NCBI GenBank assembly: GCA_965247115.1
Contig: CBDFGR010000002.1
Span: 128,001-192,000, forward strand
Reading direction: 5' to 3'
Length of the DNA stretch: 64,000 nucleotides
Origin: Myxococcota bacterium
GTDB taxonomy: Bacteria; Myxococcota_A; UBA9160; SZUA-336
The position numbers were made by a program, and so were the translations under genes. Of this stretch, positions 1-8,053 are shown piece by piece (position 1 is the first letter of the stretch; the number at the start of each line of letters is the position of its first letter). A model generated the notes under the pieces. The model worked only from the letters and a program-made list of their open reading frames with translations. It was not told the origin of the DNA and did not search any database.

Positions 1-357
1 TCCGAGATCGATACGCTCCCCGAATTCGCGTTCGACGCCGTGGTCGCGGGGTTTAGCCTCTCCGAGATGTCCACTGCCGAGCGGGGCTTTGTGCTGCGCG
101 AGGCTGCAAAGCGCCTCGCTCCGGACGGCGTGCTGGTAATCGCCGACGAAGTGCTGCCGCAGCGGGCCGCGGCTCGTCTCCTCTACCGCCTGCTCCGTTT
201 CCCGCAGGCCGCGCTCGGATGGTTGCTCGCGGGCTCACTCTCACGTCCGCTCACGCACCTCTCGAGCGAGATCTCGGATGCCGGCTTCGAAGCGCCACGC
301 GAGAGGCGCTGGCTTCTCGGGAGCCTCGGGCTGTTCGTCGCGCGGAGGCGGGAGTGA
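1..357 (+). CDS. Class I SAM-dependent methyltransferase, C-terminal part (5' truncated by window edge)
   Basis: Frame open from base 1 (SEIDTLPEFAFDAVVAGFSLSEM...LREAAKRLAPDGVLVIADE), typical post-motif-I methyltransferase elements; TGA overlaps GTG of next gene (GTGA 354-357). Confidence 0.75.
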   Translation, partial: SEIDTLPEFAFDAVVAGFSLSEMSTAERGFVLREAAKRLAPDGVLVIADEVLPQRAAARLLYRLLRFPQAALGWLLAGSLSRPLTHLSSEISDAGFEAPRERRWLLGSLGLFVARRRE

Positions 358-1475
358 TCTCGCTCGGGGACCTTGCCGCCGAAGTCGTGCAGACCGCGTT
401 GCGGCTTCTGCCCTGGCCAACCGAGCCAGGTCTGCGACGCGCGGGCAACCCGGGTCCTTCGAGTCCCGTCCTGATCACAGGGAACTTCGACCTGACTGTG
501 CGCCGCCTGATGCGGGCGCTGGAGGGCGTCGACGCCTGGGTTGTCGTCGCCTCGTCGGGCGGCATCAACGTCTGGTGCGCAGCGGCCGGCGGCCACCTCG
601 GCACACATCAGGTCGTGAGCGCGCTCAAGACGAGCGGGATCGAAGAGCACGTCTCGCACCATCGCGCGATCCTTCCTCAGCTCGCGGCGACGGGCGTGGT
701 TGCACGCGAGGTGTCGCGCCGCTGCGGCTGGCGAGTGCGCTTCGGACCCGTCCGCGCCGAGGACATCCCGGAGTATCTCGACGCGAAGGCAAAGAAAGTC
801 GACTCGATGCGGCGCGTGCGCTTCGGCGTCCGCGAGCGGCTCGAGATGGCCTGCACCTTGGGTGTGGCTCCATCCATCGTGGTGGGTGCAGTGAGCCTGT
901 TCTTCGCGCCGGGGTGGGCCTTGGCGCTCGGCCTCTGGCCGTGGCTCCTGGCTTGCGGTGTGTTCCTCTTCTACGACCGGGTGCGCGGTCCACGCCGGTG
1001 GGTCTTCACGGCCGTAGCGCTTCTGCTCGCGCTCGTCGGAGTCGCGATCGCAGGAGGCGGACCGATCGCTCTCGTGAGCGTCGGCGTCCTGACTGCGGGA
1101 CTCGTGCAGGTCCTGACGTTCGACTACGCGGGCAGCACCCCCCTCGAGGGCGGCAGCCACTTCGAGAGCCGCGATTGGAGCATCTCGCTCGATCTCGAGC
1201 GTTGCGCCGGGGTCTACTCGTGCTGGGAGGTGTGCCCGGAAGCCTGCTTCGAAAAGCGAGAGGACGTGCGCAAAGTCGACCTCTTACACGACGAGCGCTG
1301 TGTACGCTGCGGCGCCTGTGTCGTCCAGTGTCCGCAGGACGCGCTCTTTTTCGAAGCGGAAGACGGGCGCCGCATCGAGCCCGACACCATTCGGCGTTTC
1401 AAGCTCAATCTTCTGGGGTCGCGCTCGGTGGAGGTCAGCGACCCTTCGGAACGCGGGCCAGAGCGCTCCCCGTAG
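354..1475 (+). CDS. HgcAB-like fusion: CdhD/HgcA-type corrinoid-binding domain + transmembrane helices + C-terminal ferredoxin
   Basis: PVLITGNFDLTV, GINVWCAAAGG cap-helix-like motif, LPQLAATGV, FGPVRAED; hydrophobic segment; CAGVYSCWEVCP and CVRCGACVVQCP Fe-S motifs. Confidence 0.85.
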   Translation: MISLGDLAAEVVQTALRLLPWPTEPGLRRAGNPGPSSPVLITGNFDLTVRRLMRALEGVDAWVVVASSGGINVWCAAAGGHLGTHQVVSALKTSGIEEHVSHHRAILPQLAATGVVAREVSRRCGWRVRFGPVRAEDIPEYLDAKAKKVDSMRRVRFGVRERLEMACTLGVAPSIVVGAVSLFFAPGWALALGLWPWLLACGVFLFYDRVRGPRRWVFTAVALLLALVGVAIAGGGPIALVSVGVLTAGLVQVLTFDYAGSTPLEGGSHFESRDWSISLDLERCAGVYSCWEVCPEACFEKREDVRKVDLLHDERCVRCGACVVQCPQDALFFEAEDGRRIEPDTIRRFKLNLLGSRSVEVSDPSERGPERSP

Positions 1476-1504
1476 CGACTTGACGTAACGCCCGCACGAG
1501 AAAC

Positions 1505-1555
1505 CTGGAGCGCGAGACCGGACTCGAACCGGCGACAACCACGTTGGCAACGTGG
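1505..1555 (-). repeat. att site: copy of tRNA-Gly 3' end (distal island boundary)
   Basis: Matches 14003-14053 with one mismatch (position 1512). Confidence 0.92.
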
Positions 1556-1687
1556 GCGGATACCTTGAAAACGCTCACGAATCCCGCAGAAGCGTACCGA
1601 GGGATACTAGATAACCCGGAATGGGTGTGCAGAATGGGCGAAAGGTATCAGCCAGTCACGCCAAAGACCCCGGCAACCGCTCTCTTT

Positions 1688-1885
1688 CTATCTGACTGAC
1701 TTGTCAGCCGCTCGGAACGCGGTGGCCTTTCTCTCCTCGACGTCGCCCTCGTCGTCCGCGAACATCTGCGCGAAGGTCGAGTTGAACACCTCCATCCACC
1801 TGCGCTGCTGCGCTTCCGTCAGGCGCTGCTGCACGGACTCGGGGGGGTCGGAGATGCGGCTGAACAGCCCCGTAACCTTTGGCAT
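1688..1885 (-). CDS. ChaB-family small protein
   Basis: MPKVTGLFSRISDPPESVQQRLTEAQQRRWMEVFNSTFAQ...ATAFRAADKSVR resembles the ChaB pattern (DLPxSV...AQ..Y..AFNS...A...AW.AV). Confidence 0.65.
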   Translation of the reverse strand: MPKVTGLFSRISDPPESVQQRLTEAQQRRWMEVFNSTFAQMFADDEGDVEERKATAFRAADKSVR

Positions 1886-1899
1886 CCCGGTCTCAGGGC
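1775..1899. repeat. 125-bp direct repeat copy 1 (5' part of ChaB-like gene)
   Basis: Identical to 3595-3719 except 3 positions (1845/3665, 1878/3698, 1895/3715). Confidence 0.95.
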
Positions 1900-1970
1900 A
1901 AAGGGCCTGGGAGCGCGCCGACGTCACACTGACCGCATCGCGGGTGGGGTAGAGGGTTCGTCAGAGGACC

Positions 1971-2246
1971 CTACTCCCGAAGACCCCTGTTCAGGAGGAG
2001 CTTTTCGAACGCCGCCAGCCAGCACTCGTAGTAGGTCGGTGGCTGCGAGCCCTCGGACCGTGCGATCTCGGCGATCAGATGGTCGCGGAACTCGTCCCAC
2101 TCGTACAGCCCTTGCTCGGACAGCGAGACGGCCATCGCGAACAGGCGTCGTTGCCAGCGATCGTGGAAGACGAGTTCGCCGTTGGCGCGGGGTAGCGCAG
2201 CTTCGCCGTCCATGTTCGCGACGCCCGGGTCGGTAGGGCGGTCCAC
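1971..2246 (-). CDS. Nitrile hydratase accessory/activator protein (P14K/NhlE-like)
   Basis: LPRANGELVF..WQRRLFAMAV.L...GLYEWDEFRDHLI...YYECWLAAFEKLL, directly downstream of the alpha subunit. Confidence 0.88.
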   Translation of the reverse strand: MDRPTDPGVANMDGEAALPRANGELVFHDRWQRRLFAMAVSLSEQGLYEWDEFRDHLIAEIARSEGSQPPTYYECWLAAFEKLLLNRGLRE

Positions 2247-2891
2247 CTAAGCACCTCCCGCAGTCACCATCACCTTGCTCACGCCGATCATCGAGTCGCG
2301 CGTGACCAGCGCCGCGAGCTCCTCCTCGCTCATCTGCTCCGTCCCGCTCGGCCGTTCCGGAAGCACCAGGTACCGGATCTCTGCGCTGCTGTCCCAGACG
2401 CGGACCTCGACGGACTCGTCAAGCTCGAGCCCGAACTCCGCGAGCACGCCGCGTGGGTCGATCACGACTCGAGATCGATACGGCGCGCTCTTGTACCAGT
2501 TGGGCGGAAGCCCAAGGACCGGCCACGGGTAGCACGAGCATAGGGTACACACCACGACGTTGTGAACCGTGGGCGCGTTCTCGACGACGACCATGTGCTC
2601 GCCTTGCAGGCCACCGAAGCCGAGCTCCGCGATGGCGGCCGTGGCGCCCGCGAGCAGTCGATCCTTGTAGGCGAGGTCGACCCACGCCCGCGCGACGACC
2701 TTGGCGCCATTCATGGGTCCTATGTCGGTCTCGTACAGCTCGGCCAGCCGATCGAGCGCGGCGGGCGAGACGAGCCCCTTCGCGACGAGCAGCGCCTCTA
2801 GCTTGCTCACCCGCTCTTCGAGAACCTGCAGCTGTTCCGGCGAGAGCGTGTTCTCGAGCCGCGAATCGGGTCCGTCGTCGTGCGCGCTCAT
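2247..2891 (-). CDS. nthA: Nitrile hydratase alpha subunit, cobalt type
   Basis: [23 protein letters not shown] metal-binding motif (CTLCSC = Co type); [19 protein letters not shown]. Confidence 0.96.
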   Translation of the reverse strand: MSAHDDGPDSRLENTLSPEQLQVLEERVSKLEALLVAKGLVSPAALDRLAELYETDIGPMNGAKVVARAWVDLAYKDRLLAGATAAIAELGFGGLQGEHMVVVENAPTVHNVVVCTLCSCYPWPVLGLPPNWYKSAPYRSRVVIDPRGVLAEFGLELDESVEVRVWDSSAEIRYLVLPERPSGTEQMSEEELAALVTRDSMIGVSKVMVTAGGA

Positions 2892-3568
2892 GGCCCTTCC
2901 TCAGTCCCGGACGCCGGCTCGAGGTAATCCTCCCAGAGGTCGAGGAACAGGTAGTCCGCCGCGGCGGTGCCGGGTCCCCAGAGCCCGCGTGCAGCAAAGC
3001 GGACAGAGTAGAGCGGCTGCGGCTGCTCTCCTTCGCCGTGCGCATTCGTGTCGGGATAGACGAACGTCCCGTGGACGCGAGCGATCACCCCACGCTTCCC
3101 GCGCGCATAGCGCGGAAGACGCGTGTGTCCGAACGGATGGATGTTGCGCGCCATCACGAGGTCGCCCACAGCGAAGCGCGGCGTGAGCCTGCCCGTGCTT
3201 CGTTCGAATGGAGCACCTCCCCGAACGACGGCTTCAGCCTGCTCCGGAGGCGCCGGGGTACTCGCGGGCTCACCCGTAGCCTCCGCCACTCCGGTGGCAA
3301 GCTCCTCCGCCAAGACAATCCCATGCTCGACGGCCAGGGTCTCCAGGCCGGCCAGCCAGTGCTCGTAGTACGTCGATGACAGGTAGTGGATCGGGTCCAT
3401 CCGCTCGAGCGAGTGGCGTACGGCGTCGAGCGTATCGATCTGGCCCATCCACGAGTTGAGCAGACCAAAGACACGTCGCTCCCAGGCGGCGTGGAAGACC
3501 GGCTCGTCTTCCTCCCGCTCGATCGCCCCGAAACACGTCATGCCGCCCATGTCGTGGACGCCGTTCAT
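2888..3568 (-). CDS. nthB: Nitrile hydratase beta subunit
   Basis: [10 protein letters not shown]...FHAAWERR...YYEHWL...[14 protein letters not shown]...YSVRF...LWEDYL; ATGA overlap with nthA. Confidence 0.96.
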   Translation of the reverse strand: MNGVHDMGGMTCFGAIEREEDEPVFHAAWERRVFGLLNSWMGQIDTLDAVRHSLERMDPIHYLSSTYYEHWLAGLETLAVEHGIVLAEELATGVAEATGEPASTPAPPEQAEAVVRGGAPFERSTGRLTPRFAVGDLVMARNIHPFGHTRLPRYARGKRGVIARVHGTFVYPDTNAHGEGEQPQPLYSVRFAARGLWGPGTAAADYLFLDLWEDYLEPASGTEEGP

Positions 3569-3705
3569 CGCCGGGAGAGTTTATCAGTGCGCGGGGTCGA
3601 GTTGAACACCTCCATCCACCTGCGCTGCTGCGCTTCCGTCAGGCGCTGCTGCACGGACTCGGGGAGGTCGGAGATGCGGCTGAACAGCCCCGTAACCCTT
3701 GGCAT
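3565..3705 (-). pseudogene. Truncated ChaB-like copy whose stop overlaps the nthB start
   Basis: MPRVTGLFSRISDLPESVQQRLTEAQQRRWMEVFNST then diverges (PRTDKLSRR*); TGA overlaps nthB ATG. Confidence 0.6.
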
Positions 3706-3719
3706 CCCGGTCTCGGGGC
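3595..3719. repeat. 125-bp direct repeat copy 2
   Basis: 122/125 identical to 1775-1899; offset 1820 bp. Confidence 0.95.
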
Positions 3720-3839
3720 TCCAGACGAATCTGTCACGAGTCGACATAGTCGATGATCGCAGATCTGTTCAGATCTCGGTTGGAGCGACGGACGTCGACT
3801 TCAAACCGGTAGCGGAGAACTCCCCGCGACACCCGCAGC

Positions 3840-5245
3840 GGTGACGTCCGGGGTTTGCTGGAAACAAAGGGGGGATGCAACCTCGCGTGAATCAAACAAA
3901 ACCCGCCGGACCTTCCGGCCACGCGAGGAGACATCCCCTTGGCAACGAGAGTACTGAGCAGCGAGAGGACGAGCCAGAAGATCCGTGAGCTGATCCAGGA
4001 GCTGGAGGAAGGAGACGGCCTGGAGGGGCTGCTCCAGCTCGCGATGCGCAAGATCATCGAGGAGGCGCTGGAAGCCGAGGTCAGCGATGTCCTGGGCCGA
4101 GGCCACTACGCGCGGCGACGCGAGGGGCAAAAGGGCTACCGCAATGGATCGCGACCGGCGCGGGTGAAGAGCGCCGAAGGTCCGATCGAGTACCGGGCTC
4201 CGCAGGTGAGCGACACCGACGAACCCTTCCGTTCCGGGATCCGTCCCGAACTCGAGAAGCGGACGCGCGCCCTGGAAGAGCTGGCGGTGGAGATGTACGC
4301 GAGAGGACTCTCGACCCGCGACATCGAGGCCACCTTTCGAGGCGAGGACGGACGGTCCTTGCTTTCGCGGACAGCCGTGAGTGAGGTCACGGAGCAGCTC
4401 TGGGAAGAGTACGAGGCCTTTGCGACCCGGGACCTCTCCGAGTTCAAGCTCCTGTACCTGTTCGTGGATGGCGTCGCCGAGCGCCTGCACACCGGTCAGC
4501 GTCGCGAGATGGTGCTGTGTGCCTGGGGCATCACCGACGAGGGCGAGAAGGTTCTCCTGCACCTGAGTCCGGGCACGAAGGAGGACACGGCGAGTTGCAC
4601 GGCCTTCTTCCAGGACCTCAAACGTCGCGGCCTCGAGGATCCGCTCCTCGTCGTCACGGATGGAGCCCCCGGTCTGATCCGCGCGGTCGAGGAGTGCTTT
4701 CCCCGGGCGGAGCGACAACGCTGTTTGGCCCATCGGATGCGCAACCTCGCCTCCAAGATCTCCGAGCCCGACTGGCCGGAGTTTCGCGCCCACGCCAAGG
4801 CCTGTTACGAGGGACCCTCGCAAGAGGTCGCTCGTCTCCTGCGCGACGACCTGGTCCGACGCTACGAGAAGACGTTACCTACGGCCGTGCAGTGCTTCAT
4901 GGATGATTTTGAAGCCTGCATCGCCCACTTGCGCTTCCCGGTAAAACACCGTCGCGTGATTCGGACGACGAACTTACTCGAGCGCCTCTTCCTCGAAGAG
5001 CGCCGTCGCATGAAGGCGGTCGTACACGCCTTCGGAGAGCGTGCGGTCTTGAAGCTGATGTATGCTGCGTTGATCCGGAGCGCCGAGTCCTGGCGGGGCA
5101 TCGCGATCAGCGCCTTTGAAGCCCGACAGCTCTCTGTGATTCGGGAAGAGCTTGACCAGAACCACGAACGCCGTCAGGCTCCCGCCATCCCGTCACGCGA
5201 AGCCAATCCCCGGTCCCGCGTTTCCAGCAAGAACCGGACGTGACC
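3840..5245 (+). mobile_element. IS256-family insertion sequence (1406 bp)
   Basis: 26-bp imperfect terminal IRs (3840-3865 / 5220-5245, 22/26 match); 8-bp target duplication cccgcagc at 3832-3839 and 5246-5253. Confidence 0.93.
3939..5243 (+). CDS. IS256-family (Mutator) DDE transposase
   Basis: YRNG, MYARGLSTRDI, YLFVDG, VVTDGAPGL, QRCLAHRMRN, IRTTNLLER motifs. Confidence 0.95.
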   Translation: MATRVLSSERTSQKIRELIQELEEGDGLEGLLQLAMRKIIEEALEAEVSDVLGRGHYARRREGQKGYRNGSRPARVKSAEGPIEYRAPQVSDTDEPFRSGIRPELEKRTRALEELAVEMYARGLSTRDIEATFRGEDGRSLLSRTAVSEVTEQLWEEYEAFATRDLSEFKLLYLFVDGVAERLHTGQRREMVLCAWGITDEGEKVLLHLSPGTKEDTASCTAFFQDLKRRGLEDPLLVVTDGAPGLIRAVEECFPRAERQRCLAHRMRNLASKISEPDWPEFRAHAKACYEGPSQEVARLLRDDLVRRYEKTLPTAVQCFMDDFEACIAHLRFPVKHRRVIRTTNLLERLFLEERRRMKAVVHAFGERAVLKLMYAALIRSAESWRGIAISAFEARQLSVIREELDQNHERRQAPAIPSREANPRSRVSSKNRT

Positions 5246-5352
5246 CCCGCAGCTGCCGGGCTACCGCCGCCAGGGGTCTCCCCTGGGCCACAGCCCCAAG
5301 GTCCGCTACTTCGACGCGCTCTACGGAGATCGTCACTACCGGGGATCACCAG

Positions 5353-5562
5353 CGCCGCCAGGTCGGCCACACCACCGTCCGCACGATCACCGAGGTCTAC
5401 GACTCCTTTATCGACGCCGCCCGTTGGCCCGACGAAGAGGAGCGCCGCACCGTTGCCGAACTCTACGGCTGGGGCGTCAGCTCTGAAGATGGAGTGGAAA
5501 TCTGGAGTGCCCCCCGTGTAAACCCTGGTGCGCCCGGACAGCATACGACCCTGAAGGGCTGA
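5353..5562 (+). pseudogene. C-terminal remnant of a tyrosine integrase
   Basis: QVGHTTVRTITEVYDSFIDAARWPDEEERRTVAELYGWG aligns with TLGHANPRMILEKYDAFLGPESWPEADEVAMLRQIYGWG of the 12666-13961 integrase; same position relative to att. Confidence 0.8.
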
Positions 5563-5578
5563 CTTCGTAGATCGTGCG

Positions 5579-5591
5579 CAACTGGTTGATT
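5579..5591 (-). promoter_or_regulatory. Putative IHF site beside att core
   Basis: Minus strand AATCAACCAGTTG fits WATCAANNNNTTR, 15 bp from the att copy at 5607. Confidence 0.45.
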
Positions 5592-5606
5592 CAGTGCACG
5601 AATCGT

Positions 5607-5655
5607 TGGAGCACGAGACCGGACTCGAACCGGCGACAACCACGTTGGCAATGTG
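5607..5655 (-). repeat. att site: copy of tRNA-Gly 3' end (junction between the two islands)
   Basis: 5607-5651 identical to 14004-14048; extends to 5655 with one mismatch. Confidence 0.93.
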
Positions 5656-5712
5656 ATGCCGACCCGCGTAAGTGCACGGGAAGCCCGGAGCTGCGGCCTC
5701 ACCTGACCCAGG

Positions 5713-5752
5713 GGGTGCCACATGGGTGCCCCGGGGCTCCCACGTGGCACCC
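5713..5752. repeat. Putative integrase arm-type sites (inverted pair)
   Basis: gggtgccacatggg (5713-5726) / cccacgtggcaccc (5739-5752); same motif gggctcccatgtggcaccc at 13919-13937. Confidence 0.65.
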
Positions 5753-5836
5753 ACCCCGATGAGAGCGCTGCGCCGAACACGCACGGTCGGCGGTTGGTAC
5801 ACCCGTCGATCGGGCCGATTCCCCACAGGAGAAACC

Positions 5837-5965
5837 ATGAGCCCCCGCACCCGCAAGCGCGTTGGGAGCGGCGTCTGCCCCTGCTGTAGCCGGACCTTTC
5901 AGCAGCTCGCCCGGCACATGAAGGCGAAGCATCCCGCCTACACGGAAGTGACGGGCGGGTCTTAG
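5837..5965 (+). CDS. Small C2H2 zinc-finger-like phage protein
   Basis: AGGAG RBS; GVCPCCSRTFQQLARHMKAKHP. Confidence 0.6.
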   Translation: MSPRTRKRVGSGVCPCCSRTFQQLARHMKAKHPAYTEVTGGS

Positions 5966-5972
5966 ACCCCGA

Positions 5973-6966
5973 GTGCTGGTCCGTGGCGACGCTCGAGCGA
6001 TTCCTCTGGCCGACCAGGTGGCCGACTGCGTCGTGACCAGCCCTCCGTACTGGGGCCTGCGGACCTACGAGCTCGACGGCCAGATCGGCCTCGAGGAGAC
6101 GCCCGCTGAGTACCTCGAGGAGCTCCTGGCCGTGTTCCGGGAGGTACACCGCGTCCTGAAGCCAGAGGGGACGCTCTGGCTCAACCTGGGCGACTGCTAC
6201 GTCTCTGCCCCGAGCAGCGGCCACGGCTGGGACAAGAGCACGCTGACGCTGCCGAAGAGCCGCGAGCGCAAGATCCAGCACGCGCAGAGGGCCTCGCGGC
6301 TCAAGGGCCGGAAGTTCGAGGGCCTCAAGCCAAAGGACATGGTCGGGATGCCCTGGACGGTCGCGCTCGCGCTGCGCAACGAGGGCTGGTATCTGCGGCG
6401 GGACATCATCTGGCACAAGCTATCGCCAATGCCCGAGGCAGTGAAAGATCGCCCAACGTCTGCGCACGAGTACCTGTTCCTGCTGGCCAAGTCTCGCCGC
6501 TACTACTACGACGCAGAGGCGATCAAAAGAGCCAACCGTCACCGCCAGCCGTGTGTCTCCCCGCCCGGTCAACCCAAAGGCCAAGGTTCCAGCTGGTTGG
6601 GACACGCGATCAGGTTCCCACCGTCACCTCACAGGGCGCTATCCGGGCCCAAAGCAGAACGCCGGAACTGCCGCGCGCATCGCCAACTCTGTCGAGACTC
6701 GAAGTGCGCGCACTGTCTGGAGCCTGGCCACAGAGCCCTACCACGGCGCGCACATGGCCGTCTTCCCCACCGAGCTCGCGAAGCGCTGCATCCTCGCGGG
6801 CTGTCCGGCCGGCGGGCTTGTGTTCGATCCATTCGTCGGATCGGGGACGACTGTGAAGGTCGCGATCGAGCTCGGCCGCCGAGGCCTCGGGATGGACCTC
6901 AAGCACGACTACCTGCACGACCAGGCGCGGGAGCGGATCAAGACAACGGTGGGGATGGGGTGGTGA
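5973..6966 (+). pseudogene. Phage-type N4/N6 DNA methyltransferase with +1 frameshift at 6525-6528
   Basis: TSPPYWGLR in first frame, HMAVFPTEL...DPFVGSGTT in second; removing one A from AAAA restores YDAEAIKEP. Confidence 0.8.
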
Positions 6967-7000
6967 CGGTCATCCATCCCGGCGTTCCTGAGGAGGGAAA

Positions 7001-7324
7001 GTGAAGCGAACCTTGCTCGCCCTCGTGCTCGTCGCGTGCGGTCCGGATCTGCCAGAGCTTCCGGAGCCAGCACCCAAGAAGTTTGAGCTTACCAACGAGC
7101 GAAAGTGCGTCGCGATCCAGATGTGCGGGCGCCTCTGTGAGAAACGTAAGGGCATGGAGATGCTGGAGTTCCGTGGTGACATCGGCATCTCCTGGGCGTG
7201 TCACTGCAACGGCTACGGGCTGTTCCACTTCAAGGACCCCGAGCACATCATCTTTCCCGATGGCCTGACTGTCGCTGACTGTGCGCCGACGGGTGCCCAC
7301 AGCGTGGGTCAGGAGGAGAAGTGA
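7001..7324 (+). CDS. Hypothetical Cys-rich lipoprotein
   Basis: MKRTLLALVLVAC lipobox-like signal; GGAGG RBS. Confidence 0.55.
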   Translation: MKRTLLALVLVACGPDLPELPEPAPKKFELTNERKCVAIQMCGRLCEKRKGMEMLEFRGDIGISWACHCNGYGLFHFKDPEHIIFPDGLTVADCAPTGAHSVGQEEK

Positions 7325-7668
7325 TGACAGATCAGGAGCCCACACCGGAAGAGGCGCAATTGCAGACGGGCAGCCAACCCGGGCAGTCAATCGGACATTC
7401 CATGACGACGAACGGCGACCCCAACGATCTACGCTACGAACGCGAGACACGGCTGCTCTCCCGAGAGGAACTGGCCGAGCGGGCTGGTGTCCACTGGTCC
7501 ACCGTCCGCGCCATCGAGCGCGGCTGGCATCGACCCCAGCTCCGCACCCGCCGATGGATCTTGGGGGCACTCGACATCCCTGTCGAAGAGCATCGGCGTG
7601 TCTGCGGACCTACGCGAAGCGATGGTCCAATGACGGGCATCCATCCCGCTTGTCGAGACAATGGCTGA
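7321..7668 (+). CDS. XRE/Cro-type helix-turn-helix protein
   Basis: LRYERETRLLSREELAERAGVHWSTVRAIERGWHRPQ. Confidence 0.75.
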   Translation: MMTDQEPTPEEAQLQTGSQPGQSIGHSMTTNGDPNDLRYERETRLLSREELAERAGVHWSTVRAIERGWHRPQLRTRRWILGALDIPVEEHRRVCGPTRSDGPMTGIHPACRDNG

Positions 7669-8053
7669 TCTCCGCGAGGTCATGCGGTGGATGGCGGGTA
7701 GGGATACGGGCATGTCGTCGATGGCGCTCGCTCGATACATGGCCGGGATTGATCCCGACCGTGAGGACCCCGACGCCTGCGCCTACCCTCTTGATCCCGA
7801 CGACTTGGGCCGGTGCCTGCGACTCCTCGAGAGGTTCCCAGAGTGGAAGGAACGGCTACCCGAGATGGAGGCGCTTGATCCAGTCTGGGGCGCCTTGGCG
7901 GAGCACTGGTACGAACTCGCTGCTCTCTACCACGAGGAGGCTCGATTCCGGATGGCTCCCAAGTGCTACAAGCGAATGAGGGAGCTGATCGATCCGCTCC
8001 GGTACGTTCGACCGACGTTCATCCATCCCGTCAGTCAAGAAGGCGAACGATGA
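7661..8053 (+). CDS. Phage-associated hypothetical protein
   Basis: DTGMSS...YPLDPDDLGRCLRLLERFPEWKERL; overlaps neighbours in operon fashion. Confidence 0.6.
   Translation: MADLREVMRWMAGRDTGMSSMALARYMAGIDPDREDPDACAYPLDPDDLGRCLRLLERFPEWKERLPEMEALDPVWGALAEHWYELAALYHEEARFRMAPKCYKRMRELIDPLRYVRPTFIHPVSQEGER

Larger units (their letters stand above)
1505..5606. mobile_element. Distal (older, degraded) tRNA-Gly genomic island carrying nitrile hydratase
   Basis: Bounded by tRNA 3'-end copies at 1505-1555 and 5607-5655; integrase C-terminal remnant next to 5607. Confidence 0.8.

Noticed and set aside
354..1475. Calling this hgcA / a proven mercury methylator
   Set aside because: Fused architecture, GG instead of GK in the cap helix and no HgcB Cys tail; function cannot be asserted from sequence
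354..3568. Functional cobalt link between the corrinoid protein and Co-NHase
   Set aside because: They are separated by an att boundary and convergent; adjacency is explained by island insertion
1505..5655. Additional tRNA genes at 1505 and 5607
   Set aside because: Only the 3' 45-50 nt are present, with no D arm or 5' acceptor strand; these are att copies
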